64,000 nt of DNA. It comes from the human T2T-CHM13v2.0 reference genome, Homo sapiens. A program made the position numbers and the translations under genes. The notes under the pieces were generated by a model, which worked only from the letters and a program-made list of their open reading frames with translations, did no database searches and was not told the origin of the DNA. The stretch is from the NCBI RefSeq assembly GCF_009914755.1, contig NC_060927.1. One strand, 5' to 3'. Positions 1 through 17,480 of this stretch are shown one piece after another (the first letter of the stretch is position 1; each line of letters begins with the position of its first letter).

Positions 1-94
1 TATTATATTATTAAATATTACATCTAATAATTTTTAGCATATTTTGATATATCATATTGATAATATTTGATATTATTAGATTATTAGATATTAG

Positions 95-420
95 ATATTA
101 TATAATATAATATTAAATATAATAATATTTAATATAATATTATTAAATATAATAATATTTAATATAATATTATTAAATATAATAATATTTAATATAATAT
201 TATTATATATAATAATATTTAATATAATATTATTATATATAATAATATTTAATATAATATTATTATATATAATAATATTTAATATAATATTATTAAATAT
301 AATAATATTTAATAATATTATTAAATATAATAATATTTAATATAATATTATTAAATATAATAATATTTAATATAATATTATTAAATATAATAATATTTAA
401 TATAATGTAATTATTAAATA
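95..420. repeat. Pure A/T minisatellite, ~30-bp unit AATAATATTTAATATAATATTATTAAATAT (~10 copies)
   Basis: Unit repeats in register on lines 121-300; no G or C between 95 and 406. Confidence 0.95.
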
Positions 421-915
421 TTATATTTAATATTATTATATTAGATATTAATATATTTAATATTATTAGATATATTATAACAACATATTATAGATTAACA
501 CATTTGTTTATGTTTTCAAGATACAAGTAGTGTTTGTAATACTGAATGTAATACTGACAACACATCCATCTTTTCTGCTTTGTGAGACTGCATTAAAAAC
601 AATAGTAAAGAAAAAAAGCACAAAATATATGCCAGATATTTTTCCATATCTACACTCCACTTTTTATATGATTTGTGAATTACATCTTTTGCCTTTTGAT
701 TCTCTTTTTTTTTCTAGCAATTGGAGGGACTTAAATAAATTGGACTGAGGAAGACTGAAGTTGGGTATTTTTTCCAAAACCTCATTCATATTACGTCTCT
801 GTGAGTTAGCAAGTTCAGTGAATGCCACAGATTCTGTGGGAAAGTTCTCTATTAGCGATGCAGGTAGTTCTTCTGGATTCTGCCAATTTCTCCTTTGCTT
901 TGCTCATTCTGTTCT

Positions 916-1400
916 TGTATTAGTTTTCTTTTGCTGCTGTAACAAACAACCACAAACGTAGTGGCTTTAAATGACACAAGTGTGTTAGCATGTAATCCTG
1001 TAGATCCCATGTCTGACACTTAACTTCACTGCCCCAGGATCAAGGTGTCAATAGTGTTGCATTCCCTTCTGGAGGTTCTATGCAAAAATGCATTTCCTTG
1101 CCTGTTTTAGCTTCTAGAGTCTCATGGCTCCCTTTTCCATCTCCAAAACCTGCAATGTTTCATCTCTATGAACATTCTTCCATAGTTGCCTCTCCCTCTG
1201 ACTGTGGCCAGGAAAACTTGTCGGCTATTAAGGCTCTATGTGATTAGATTAGACACACCTGGGTAATCCAGGATAATCTCCTTCATTCTACAGTCTGTAA
1301 ATAAATCACACATGCAATATCCATTTTGACCTGTAAGACAAAATGTTCCAGGGATTAGGATGTGGACCTCTTTTGAGCTCCATTATTCTAGTCAGCACTA
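916..1400 (-). mobile_element. MLT1D-like MaLR solo LTR
   Basis: Starts TGTATTAGTTTTCTTTTGCTGCTGTAACAAA (revcomp of MLT1 3' end ...AAACTAATACA); revcomp of the far end reads AGAATAATGG...GTCCACATCCTAATCCCTGGAAC, matching the MLT1D 5' end. Confidence 0.85.
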
Positions 1401-2449
1401 TTTTTGAATGATAAACTTTTCCAGCTGTTGCTAGCCCTGGAGCACTTGATGTTTCCTTTAAACTTGCCCATACATGTATGAACATAATCTTTTTAAACAG
1501 CTTATTTTAATTAAGCAAGGCTACTCACTGACCATCAAAGATAAAAATATATTGAGAAGGGATATCAGTGAAAAAGAGATTATACAAATCTTTTATGAGC
1601 GAATGAAGTAATATGGAGCTTCTTAGCTGTACCAGCAGTAAGCAGAAACCTAAAGGATCTACAGCATGAAACAACCATGTGAAACAAGCCAAATACTCTT
1701 GAAGAATCCCTGAGAAAATCAGGGCATACAGGTGCCAGGGACTGCAAAAGATAAAGATGAGATGAAACATCTAGAAACAGGAGTATTGAGTACATTTCTG
1801 CACAATGTATTAACTATTCTTTCAGGCAGAACAATGGTTTATTTTCGGAGACATTGAATAACAACAGTATGAATTTCTGAGCACGTAAAAAGGTAGATGG
1901 TCACGGAAGAAGGCTGAAAACCTGTCCCATCACACAATAGAATGTTGCCCAGCCAACTGGCCTTGCCCTTCCCTTAGAATTCCTGCAGGTAGAGCAATAA
2001 TCCCAAGTGTTGAAGATTGTAGAGTCCATCATGGAAGTAAAAGAATATACCTACATAAAAGATCTGCATATACTGACATTTTCAGGATTCTTTAATACAT
2101 TGGCCTTCTGTAGGTGTAGCCAATCACCTACAGAAAGTTGACAAGGTGATAAACACCACTCTATCATCCATTGCCCATGTTAGAGGATGGAGAGATGCTA
2201 ATAAGAACAAAGTGCTCTGAACAAAAGGCCTGCAAAAGAGAACAACAACAAAAAAAATTAGAATTTTTAAAAAAAATTATAAAGTATCTATAAGGGTTTT
2301 TAAAACTCACTATAATTCAAAGCCAAATAAATCTTCCCCAAAATAAAGCAGATAGAAATAAGGATGATATACAAGACAGTATAAAATAGCCTAATAATAG
2401 TTCCAAAAGCTATTCCTTTTCCAAAAGAAAAGAAGAGGCAGAGTATGCC

Positions 2450-2830
2450 ACGGGACTGAGGTTGAGGGGCCGGATACTTTCTTCTTTCCCTATCTTTTGG
2501 CTTCGAGAGCGCATGCATGGGAATTAAGCTCAAAATGGGTTAGGATTTGCTCATGAAAGTAGCTTCCATTGGAAGTAGCAGTTCTGCCCACCAAGGGCAA
2601 TGTCCTTGGCATTAGAAGGAGATGATGTTAGTTTAAACTGACTTTTTTGATGTAGCAACTGACCTTGTCTGTTGTTCCTTTTTCTGTTCATACTTAGATT
2701 CCCGAATTTCTTTTCATCTGGCTCACCAGCTTTCACAAACAATGCAGTGAATTTCCTAAAACCCTTCTCATAAATTTTTGTTTTGCCTATGTTAGCCAGA
2801 TTTGTGTTTTTTATCTTGCAACTGATACCA
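2450..2830 (+). mobile_element. Old ERVL-type LTR remnant (LTR16/LTR33-like)
   Basis: 3' part ATAAATTTTTGTTTTGCCTATGTTAGCCAGATTTGTG...CTTGCAAC resembles the ERVL LTR terminus; boundaries uncertain. Confidence 0.35.
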
Positions 2831-5083
2831 ATGCATGATATAATTTATTACCCTTTTACTACTGTTTGACTTTTAACTATTATGTGTGTAGTAATTCTGA
2901 TGAAAAAAAAAAAAGCATTACCATGGAGAAAGGTTTTATTTATTGTCAGATTCTGGGAAACTTGGATTTTTTAAAATAAAAACATCTGGTCTACTGTTAG
3001 TTTTGTAAGGTTTAGATTAGGCAGTGATGATTTTGTTAAGAATCTATGCATTTGAGGCTGGTATGAGGCTTCAAATACCATAATCATTGACAAATAGTAT
3101 GCCTTTTTGAAATTCTTTAAATAAATAAAATAATGTTGTTATAATTTCGTAGCATTTTCTTTAGTTTTTGTTGTTGTTATGTTCTTTTTCTCATTGTTTA
3201 AATGGACATTCTCTCAAAAAAACACACTGTTCTATCACTTTTTTTCCTGTTTCATTTGCTGAGATAACTTACCTCCCCTCTTTCAGTGATAATCTGATTT
3301 TTTTTCCCCTGGAAGTTCTTAGCGTAAATAACAAACTTCTCTACTCTGGACAGGCATGATAAGGCAGTAAGGAAATGCTTAGTGTTCAGACATAGACACA
3401 CACACAGCCTGTCTCCATTCTGTCTCTCTTTCCTCCTTCCTTTCCTGCCTTCACCCTACTACACACACATATACATGTTCACACATTTATCATTTCTTTG
3501 TAATTCTTTCTCATTGCTATTTAATACAGACTTTCTGTATAATACCAAATGGTAATATAGACTGTTATAAAATAAATTTTACACATCTAGAAAGGTATAT
3601 GGAAGTTAAAAATCCTTATTTTTAAGTATTATCTATAGCCAAAGTAAAAAGAAGTTTCTTTCCCTTACACACAGAATATTTTTAGAATTTTTTCCGTATG
3701 AGCTAAAGCCTATTGTAGATTGTAGCGATTAATGGGGAAAACAAATGTCAAATTCAGATGTATGTGTTAGGCAAGGTAACTAGAAAATGTATTTTTTTCA
3801 AGTTCTAAGCAAAGAATGTCTAGCTTTTTCTGTCCTCTGTGATTGGAACAAGCATGAAATATGTATAACATTTTAGGAGCACATATAATCAATCTAATCC
3901 CATTAGACTGGGTAAACAAATTAGCCCTAAAATTGCTGAAATTTATCACAGATTCCAATAGATGTTCACGCATTATTTGCTCTTCTCTGCTTAAACATGT
4001 GATGCTAAGTCCGTTTTAGGCTTTCACATAAGGATTAGTCTTTCCAATCATACTGAAGGCCAGATTGCTTAACTACAGCACACAGTGTCATGCTACAGAT
4101 AATCCATGCCCTTGATTAATGTTCTTATAATCAATTGCTGTCTGGAAGTGACTCCTTCCCATCACACTCTTCACAAAAAGAGCAGATGGTATTTAAAAGG
4201 TTATGGCAAGAGGGCATCACAGAGGTCAAATGGAACATCGATCAAATGGGCAGAAAAATTGCCTTTTTTCTTCTTCTTTCTTCTTATCGTAATAATCCAC
4301 AAGGGAATGAGGTATATGAATTATACTTTGATCTATAGTTCAAGCACTAAGATATTTTCTTGTTTCAAATTTCTGTGTTGTTTTGGGTAATGGACCTGGA
4401 AATTGGATTCCTTGTGTGCCAGTAAAAAATTGTACCAATATGATCATCTAAAACAAATAATTCTTAGACTCAAGAAGATTTTTTCAAAACTTTTAATGCA
4501 GCCAGAGGGTTTCAACTTAATAAAAGCTTTAATATATAGTGACTGTTGGTTCAGTTTTTTTTTTATAGGTAATGGCTTCATTTATAGAAACTGACACTAC
4601 ATTTTCATTTTTATATGAAATTAAATGCATTGCTTTATGTGTAGATTTTCTCTCTGTCTCCCTGTCTTTATCACATTTGTGACAGTCTATCATACATTTC
4701 AAGGTGATCAATTCTTTTTTTAATTGATATGCTTAGTTCTAATTAGGTAAAATCCAGGTTGGGAGGCTACATTCCAATGTGCAGAATACAAAGATTGAAA
4801 ATAAGTAAGAATATGTAAGTAAAAAGATTCTTTAAAAACCTGAAAGGTGTTACTTTCATTAATTAGCTCCTTCAGATACATAGATGCAGATGGCCTGGCC
4901 ATGAATAGATCACTTCTACACAATATAATGAAGATGAAGATATTCATTATATAAAGAGAATATGCACTCCAATTCATGCAGAAAAATGAAAAGCCTTTTG
5001 AACATGATGGTAGAGGGCTCATGATGTGAGATATTTCTGTAGGTTTCTATTGTTCAAGGTACAATCACATGCATTTTCTGATG

Positions 5084-5230
5084 ACTCAACAATCATTTAT
5101 TGAGTGGCTGTTTTGTACATAAGCATGTTAGTCACTTGGAGATGCAGATTTTTTTTTTTCCCAAACAAGTAAGAGTACAGTGGTGCAGTCATGGCTTAAG
5201 GACATCTTTATGGTCATGTACGATTAAGGA
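5084..5230 (-). mobile_element. L2 3' end fragment
   Basis: ACTCAACAATCATTTATTGAGTGGCTG...TGGAGATGCAG resembles the antisense L2 3' terminus. Confidence 0.5.
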
Positions 5231-5431
5231 GGAAATAATATCCATACAAAAATAACATTATCAGACAGTTTTTATTAAAAAAAATTCATAGGAGAATAAC
5301 TGGCTAAATGTAGGATGGGTAGTTCTCACAATACCGTTTATGTGATGTCACTAGAAAAAGAGATATCTATGGACTATATTGGTTAAATAACGTTTCACTC
5401 TGTTGAAGAAAGGGCTTTAAGAATAAATAGC

Positions 5432-5520
5432 CCCACATGCATTTATACCTATGTAACAAACATGCATGTTTTGCTCATGTACCACAGAACTTAAAGTAAA
5501 ATTTAAAAAAAATTAAGAAG
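5432..5520 (+). mobile_element. Extremely 5'-truncated L1PA 3' end (~90 bp) with 12-bp TSD
   Basis: ACCTATGTAACAAAC...CATGTACCACAGAACTTAAAGTA plus A-rich tail; AGAATAAATAGC at 5420-5431 and 5521-5532. Confidence 0.9.
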
Positions 5521-5809
5521 AGAATAAATAGCTTTTAGAGAGTCACTGGGACCAAGGAAAGCGGAAGCAAAGGTACAGAAATGGAATATTCCTAGCATGT
5601 TTAGGCCGATAGAACTTCAGTATACGTTACACACAGCAGGTGTATTTGAAAAAGTCTGGTGTTCAGATGGCAAAGGGGCCTAAATATTATATATAAATGT
5701 TGCATCTTATCATGGATGCAAATGTTTTTGAGAGAGAGTTTTATTTCACATAATCCTATGTGATGCCTTTCCAGTAATATATAAATGATATTTCCATTTT
5801 TCTAACTAA

Positions 5810-6102
<293 letters not shown>

Positions 6103-6432
6103 GGGAAGTAACAAATTTAACTCTTACACACATATATTGGCTTTTACCAGTGTCGTACTTACTAGAATCAATTAATTTGAAACTGATTAAAACCAATATA
6201 GCTAGATGTCACTCTGAAGGAACTGAAGTCTAATCCTGCCAAAATGCTAATGTCAAAAGATTGGAGAACATTCACTCTGTGGTTGTAACATGCATTACAA
6301 TAGGAGGCAGGAGTAATCAGGAAAGTTTCATTATAGAAACGGATTGCTGGACTTTGGATAGTTTATTAAGTGATTACTCTACATCAGGCCTGAGGAGACA
6401 TAGACATTGCTTCTCAGGAGTTTCCAATCTAG

Positions 6433-6557
6433 AGTGAAAGGAAAATACATTTTGAGACCCCAAAACCACTAAGCCAAAGGGAAAATTCCAGCTGGGAAGT
6501 GCTTCAGCAAACCTGCCTCCCATTTTATTCTTAAATAAGATAGCTACAAAGATAAAA

Positions 6558-6604
<47 letters not shown>

Positions 6605-7197
6605 GGTACATACTTCCCTCATCATTTGCCCACAAGGAAATACTTTGTGGTCCTCAAGATTCTTACCCTAAAACAGTTCTGATGAATTTCACCCTGGCAA
6701 TGTAAATTGATAGCGTATCTTCACAGGTGCAGGACAAAGGGCAGAGAGGACTCAGTCATCCCTCTGCTCACCTGAGACAAATGCATACCTGATTGCTTCC
6801 TCTGCCAGATTATATCTGTAAAAATGCAGATTCCCTAAGCCAGAATAAGGCTTAAGTGACTATTCCTAGACTGCCCTCTCACATGTAAATTGTGTATTCA
6901 GTGAAAGGCTAATCAAGGACTTCAAAAGAATACAACCTTTTTGTGTCTTATCTACCTATGACTTGGAAGCCCCTACTTCGAGTTGTCCCAGTTTTCTAGA
7001 CCAAACCAATATACATCTTACACATATCATTATGTCTCATGTCCTCCCCAAAATGTATAAATGCAAGCTATGCCCCAACCACCTTAGGCACAGGTTATCA
7101 GTACTTCCTGAGGCTGTGTCACTGGAGTGTCATTAACGTTAGCAAAATAAATGTTCTAAATTGATTCAGAGCTGTCTCAGATACTTTTGGGTTCACA
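6433..7197 (+). mobile_element. MER4A/MER4A1-like ERV1 solo LTR with 4-bp TSD CTAG
   Basis: GTGAAAGGAAAATA...AAGCCAAAGGGAAAA...CAAACCTGCCTCCCATTTTATTC start; AAAATAAA...CTGTCTCAGATACTTTTGGGTTCACA end; CTAG at 6429-6432 and 7198-7201. Confidence 0.88.
6555..6604. repeat. (AAAT)12 STR inside MER4 LTR
   Basis: Direct read. Confidence 0.95.
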
Positions 7198-9790
7198 CTA
7201 GTATACAAAGCATGCTGCTATGTAGAGCATGATGAATGATATGGATCCCATAAGAGGGACACATACTCATGGCCCAGAAGACTTTTTGAAAAGGAGAATG
7301 TAAGAGCTAATCTTGGAGAGAAGCACAGCCTTCAATAGTATATAAGAAGGAAAACTACCAAAATGGACTGGAGCAGGTTTTGACATTCCAAGTGTTTTTA
7401 GCCTGACCCATTGCAAATGCTTTTAGCCTGACCCAGATATTCTGATATAGCTCTGGGGTCAGGACAAGAGGCACTTCTTCTAACTCCCTAAGAATCACTC
7501 AATTTAGTCTGAAGAAAAAAAATATGGAATATTGACTGTATTTTAGATATAGCTATGCAAAATGGGAGTGAGAATAGAAATAGGAAAGCCAGCTAAAATT
7601 TGCCTTAATCCTAGAGATGAAGGATATATTCTTGTCTGTGTGATCCCTTCAGACATCAATATCGTTCTGGCTTTCTCTACACAAATGATGGGTAAAAGAT
7701 GGGAAAAATATCAGTTCTTTCTCATCATGATTAAAACATAAAAACTTTTAATCTATCCAATAGAAAGAAATTGATGCAGATGCCTAGTTCACGCTAATTT
7801 TCCCGGGGTCATGTCTGGGCTAATACCATTATCCTTGGGAAGCTCTTCCTTCTTCCAGAACCCTCACTCTATTGGGAAATGTAAGTGCGAGACGTTATGT
7901 TATGCAGTCAGCCTTTTCAGCCACAGTGATTGGTTTAAGGGTGTACACATGACAGAGCCTGAATTAATTGACTTCTAACCTAGCACTCTTCTCAAAAAGA
8001 AACTGAGACAGACATAGAGACCTCTTAATTTCTCAGAATTCCAAGCTGTGAAACCTAAGTCCAAAATAGGAAACTGCTTGTTCTGCGTTTCCTATTATTG
8101 CTTCAGAAAATGAAGGTAGAAGATATGAGATAATTATTTTAGTATTAGACAAATTATTAGTTTCATATGCAAATGCATTGTTTCCTATACATAAATTTAA
8201 TCATGCCATTGACCAATATTTATTCACAACTGCTATTGTCTTGGGGTGCAGTTTCAGGTGTACATGGAATACATAGAATGAGATTCATCCAATGCCTTAA
8301 AAGGCATTTGTATGCTAAAGCAATTTTATGAATAACGGCTACTTTCCTTTCTCTCCACTGTCACAGCACTTCAGGTCCTGATCACATTCTTTATGATTTA
8401 CAGCATGCATTTCAAAATCAAGATCCCTGCAAATACGTTAAGTTTTTATAGTGCCACTTTGTGTCCTTGTACACAAATGAAGAGTCAGATGCATTCCTGG
8501 ACATAAATACAAATCCTTGTGTCTATAGGTAAATATCAACCTTGAAAAATGAAACCTAGCCTGCATTCATTGCAGATTACTGTTTTTAATTTCTTTGCTA
8601 ATATTACAATAATAGACACTGTTATAATATCAAGGTTACTAAAATATCTTCATGGAAAAAAGAGTCTATAATCAAGTTCTTACAGGATAATTTACCTGGC
8701 ATTTACCAGCCCCTATTTTAAAATTTGTTTTACACACAAATAAGCCTATTCTAGTGCAGAAAAAATTGAAAAAGGCCTTATGATTTATTTTTTTGAAGCC
8801 ATAATTGGGTGGAACATTTATCAATAAGCATGAACTGTCACCAGTATTTGTACATGGCAGTTTTCCTAGATGAAAACACTGAATCAAATCATAGTTATTT
8901 TAAATACTTTGTTAAAAACAAAATTTGATGTTTTCTTGATTCATCCCTGATTTGCTATAGAATTAAATGAATATAATTTGTGATACTGAAGAGTGCCTTT
9001 TAAAAAATACTTACAAAAATAATTATAGACATTGGGAACCAAATGAACTAGAGAGCTAAAGAATATAAACAAGCAGTGTGTGGTCAAGATTACTCCGATT
9101 GTGGAGAGGATGCCAACTCTATGACCCCCACGGTGTGGGTCATGATTTTCCTACACGTCCCTTCTTTAATTAGAATAAACAAAATAGTCATGAACCTCTT
9201 GCGAAATGTGCTGCAGGAACAGAGATCATTAAGTACATCAGTGAGTTCCATAAAAGAATTAGAGCAATAATGCTTAAGGGAAAGCCTCATATCAACAGGA
9301 TCAAAATTTTTATTCAGAGATGCGCTTAAAAATAGATGAGACACAAAAATTAAAAAGCATCTTCATGTGTTTTAGACCCCAATGCTACCTTTGTATTAAA
9401 CTTCTTTCATATACATTTTAGTTATTATTCAACAGAGATACAAAAAGAGTAAATAAAATAATCACTACTAGGTGGCTGGCAATCGTTTTAAATTTTTTTA
9501 TATTAAGGTCTATGCTAAATCTTGTGGAGGAGAAAAGCAGTCAGCTCAAAAGTTTGTGCCCATCTGTACAGTGCCAGTAGGGGAAATAGCAAGATTCCAC
9601 TCAGGAAGAATATATAGATGTTCATTGTAGCCTTTATTTATGTGAATATGTATCTATTAATTATTGTCTATATTTAAGGTATACAATATGATGTTCTGAA
9701 TATATATATATATACACACACACACACAAACACTGAAATTACTACAGTCAATCATATTAACATATAAGTCACTTCACATATTGGTAAGAG

Positions 9791-9793
<3 letters not shown>

Positions 9794-9826
<33 letters not shown>

Positions 9827-9853
9827 TGTGTGTGTGTTTGTGTGTGTGTGTGT
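9794..9853. repeat. Interrupted (GT)n microsatellite; (TA)n(CA)n also at ~9700-9728
   Basis: Direct read. Confidence 0.95.
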
Positions 9854-11185
9854 ATGTTAAGAGAATCTAAAATCTAGTCTCTTGGCAAATTTCCAGTATA
9901 CAATACAATATTAGGAATTACAGTCCACTTGCCACACATTAGATCCTCTGAATTATTCAGCCACATAATAGCAACTTTGTACCCTTTGACCAAGATCTCT
10001 CCATTCTCCCACACACAAGCCCCTGGCCACCACCTTATTCTCTCTGGTTCTATGTATTTGACTTTTTCCAGATTCTACTGTAATTGAGATCGTGTAGTAT
10101 TTTTCTTTCTGTGTCTGGCTTATTTCATTCACTTAAAGACAGATGAGATATAAAGATACTTTGTTAAAAACAAACTTTGACGTTTCCTTGATTCATCCCT
10201 GATTTTCTATAGAATTAAATGAATATAATTTGTGATATTCATGATATGTGTATCCCGCAGGTTCATCCATGTGGTCACAAATTACAGTGTCTCCTTTTTT
10301 AAGGCTGAATGATATTTCATTGTGTATATAGAACACAATTTATTTATTAGTCCATTAATTGTCACTCGGGTTGTTTTAATATCTTGGCTTTTGCGAATAA
10401 TGCTGCAATGAACATGAGAGTGCACACATCTCTGCAAGGGGGTGATTTCATTTCCTCTGGGCATATATCCAGAAAAACGATTGTTGGCTCATACGGTAGT
10501 TCTATTTTTAATTTTCCGAGGAACCTTCACGCTGTTTTCCATAAGAGTTGTACAAGTTTACATTCCCACCAAGTGTTCCTTCTTCTCTATTCTCTGGTCA
10601 ATATTTGCCATCTTTTGTCTTCGATACCAGCTATCCTAGTGGGTTTAAAGTGGTATCTCATTGTGGTTTTAATTTGCATATCCCTGCCATTTAGTGATGT
10701 CGAGCACCTTTTCGTTTACCGGTTGGCAATTTTGTCTTCTTTGGAAAAATGTCTATTCAGTTCCTTTCCCCATTTTTTCAGTTGGGCTTTTTATTTTTTT
10801 TGCTTTCGAGTTGTGTGGACTTCTTATAAATATTGAATATTAAACTTTTATCACATATATGGTTCACAAATATTTTCTTCCAATTCATAGGCTGTGTTTT
10901 TTAAATTGTTTCCTTGCTGTGCAAAAGCTCACTAGTTTAATGCAGTCCACTTCTTTACTTTTACTTTTTTTGCCTGAGATTTAGGTATGATATCCAAAAA
11001 ATTATTGCCAACATCTGTTAAAAAACTTTTTGCCTATTTTTAAAGGAGATTTATAGTTTCCGTTCTTCCTTTTAGGTGTTTGATTAATTTTGAGGGGTTT
11101 TGTGCATATTGTAAGATAAAGATTCAGTTTTGTTCTTACACATGTGTGTATGCAATTTTCCCAACACTATATATTGAAGAAACTA

Positions 11186-11513
<328 letters not shown>

Positions 11514-12575
11514 AGACTATACTTTCTCCTTTGCTGTCTTCTTGGTGTACCCTTGCTAAAAATTAGTTGATTGTATATGCATGGGTTTATTTCTTGGCTT
11601 TCCATTTTGATCTATTGGTCTATGTCTCTGGTTTTATCCCAGTACCATATTGGGTTTGATTACTATTACTTTATAACATAATCATAGCATTATTTATACT
11701 TATGTTTTTATCAAGATAGTATATATATATATATTTGCTAATTAATCAAATAGTATGAAGGGCTTATGGAGAAAGCAGTAGTGTGAAACCATAATCCTAT
11801 TTACCTTAAGATTTTCCCTAATTTTAATATTTTTAACTGAATATAAACACATTTATGGAAAATACATACTTCTATTTTTAATTCATATCCTACAGTCTTT
11901 GTATTTATGAAAAATGAGAATGTTGCTTATTTATGCAAACTTTTCTGCCTCTAAATTTTGTCAGATGTTTGATAGTTACATTATTATTTTAGTTAATGTA
12001 TGATACCTTCTATAACTTTAAATAATATATTGAGATCTCATTTGTTCCATCAAATACAGGCAGTACTTCTTGCTTTTGCCCTTTTTTTGAAACGAGAAAA
12101 ATAGCTACGTTTATCTCCATCGTTTTTCCATCTTCCCACATTCCACTGTCATCTAGTTATTTTTAATATTTTAATACTAAAATAACTTTATTATTTACAT
12201 TCCGTATTCTATGTTTGTTTCTAGATAGATATGACAATAAGTATACCTAACAATTTTATGGTATGGGCATCAAGCGTATCAGAATGCAGCACCCTCAATG
12301 TGTTTAGATGTCATTTGTGAACAACTCTTATGGCAACACAAGTATATTATAGATAACAGTTAAAACCAACAAAGCATTTATAGTATTTTAATTATTGAAA
12401 TGTCTTTAGCACCAGATTATATAATATCTACTGTCGTGTCCAGTGATATTGATTCTCATTTCTTCCCAGTGTGTTTAATGTTGTGGTGTTGCCCCTGGTG
12501 AATCTGCTTCTGTTTTGACCATTAAACAATTGTTAATGACAATGAGATGGTGTGACGTGCTAATAAATAAGACTG

Positions 12576-16091
<3,516 letters not shown>

Positions 16092-16202
16092 TGTAATCCC
16101 CCCAGATTAAGAGTCTCTGCATGTGGAGAAAGCCATGCTTTCTGTCAGCCGAAATTAATTTTTACTGTTGCTTCTAACGGTGTCATTTATACAATTACTC
16201 TT

Positions 16203-16495
16203 TTTATTTTTTTGTTTGTTTGAGCCAAGGTCCGGCTCTTTTGCCCAAGCTGGAGTGCAGTGACAAGGTCTGGACTCACTGCAACCTTCGCCACCCAGGC
16301 TCAAGTGATCGTCTCACATCATCCTTTTAAATATCTAGGACTACAGGCACACACCACAGCTAATTCTAGTATTTTTTGTAGAGATGTTTTTTCTCCATGC
16401 TGCACAGGCTGATCTCAAACTTGTGACGTCAAGCAATCCACCAGGCTCATCCTCTCAAAGTGTTGGGATTACAGGTGTGAGCTACTGTGCCGAGC
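16203..16495 (-). mobile_element. AluJ-like with 13-bp TSD TACAATTACTCTT
   Basis: Diverged antisense Alu; TSD at 16190-16202 and 16496-16508. Confidence 0.92.
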
Positions 16496-16589
16496 TACAA
16501 TTACTCTTCTTGAAATGAGCTGCCAATGATATTCAGTGTAGGTTCTCTTCTGTAGGAAAGGTAATATTATGTTTCAAAAATGACTTCGA

Positions 16590-16866
16590 GGCTGGGCGCA
16601 GTGCCTCACGCCTGTAATCCCAACACTTTGGGAGGCCGAGGTGGGCGGATCACTTGGAGTTCAAGATCAACCTGGCCAACGTGATGAAACCCCATCTCTA
16701 CTAAAAATACAAAAATTATCTGGGCATGGTGGTGCACTCCTATAATCCCAGATACTCAGGAGGTTGAGGCGGGAGACTCGCTTGAACCCAGGAGTTGGAG
16801 GTTGCAGTAAGCCAAGATGACACCACTGAACTCCAGCCTAGATGACAGACAGACTCCATCTCAAAA

Positions 16867-16909
<43 letters not shown>

Positions 16910-16919
16910 AAATAAAAAA
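16590..16919 (+). mobile_element. AluS-like with (TAAA)n tail
   Basis: GGCTGGGCGCAGTGCCTCACGCCTGTAATCC...; small left-arm deletion; degenerate TSD AAAAATGACTTCGA/AAAAAAGACCTTGA. Confidence 0.95.
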
Positions 16920-16994
16920 GACCTTGAACTATGATGTCAGGATATAAGAAGTCAACTTACCATTGCAGAAAAATAATACAGCATAATCATGACC

Positions 16995-17478
16995 ATGGAC
17001 ATTTGGATTGCCTCCAGTGTTTGACTTTTATGATGCTGCTTTGATCATGTGCATACAGGTCTTTGTTTCAATAAATGTTTGCAATTGTCTTGAGTAGATA
17101 CCTAGACAAGAGATTGCTGAGTCATATGGTGAGGATACGTTTATTTATTTATTTAATTTATTTATTTTTATTTATTTAAAGACAGGGACTTACTCTCTTG
17201 TCCAGGCTGGAGTGCAGTGGCACAATCACAGCTCACTGCAGCTTCTACCCCCTTGGACTCAGTCTCCCAAGTAGCCAGGACCACAGGCGTGAGCCACTAC
17301 ACCCAGCTAATTTTTACTTTTTTTGTAGAGACAGAATTTTGCTATGTTGCCCAGGCTAGTCTCAAACTCCTAGGCGCAAGTGATCCACTTGCCTTGGCCT
17401 CCCAAAGTGCTGGGATTGCAGGAGTGAGCTACTGTTTTTGGCCTGTATTTTTAATTTTTTAAAGAAACTGATAAATCA
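16995..17478 (-). mobile_element. Old L1M ORF2 fragment interrupted by AluJ
   Basis: ATGGACATTTGGATTG...GATTGCTGAGTCATATGGT, continuing as TTTAAAGAAACTG after the Alu. Confidence 0.65.
17140..17443 (-). mobile_element. AluJ (Jo/Jr-like)
   Basis: (TTTA)n tail; AGACAGGG...CACAGCTCACTGCAGC...TGTTGCCCAGGCTAGTCTCAAACTCCTAGGC. Confidence 0.92.
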
Positions 17479-17480
17479 TC

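Larger units (their letters stand above)
6360..7330 (-). mobile_element. L2 fragment interrupted by the MER4 LTR
   Basis: TTTATTAAGTG...CTCAGGAGTTTCCAATCTAG before the LTR; L2-like sequence (AGAAGACTTTTTGAAAAGGAG...GAGCTAATCTTGGAG) after it. Confidence 0.45.

Noticed and set aside
106-420. CRISPR-like array (30-bp periodicity)
   Set aside because: Head-to-tail tandem units with no unique spacers, in a primate genomic context.
1500-2300. Possible ancient L1 5' region or processed pseudogene
   Set aside because: No family or protein match I can recognise; no poly(A)/TSD pair.
7396-7462. 15-bp direct repeat TTTTAGCCTGACCCA plus downstream inverted match
   Set aside because: Resembles a decayed MER5-type hAT remnant with a small duplication; too short to support more.
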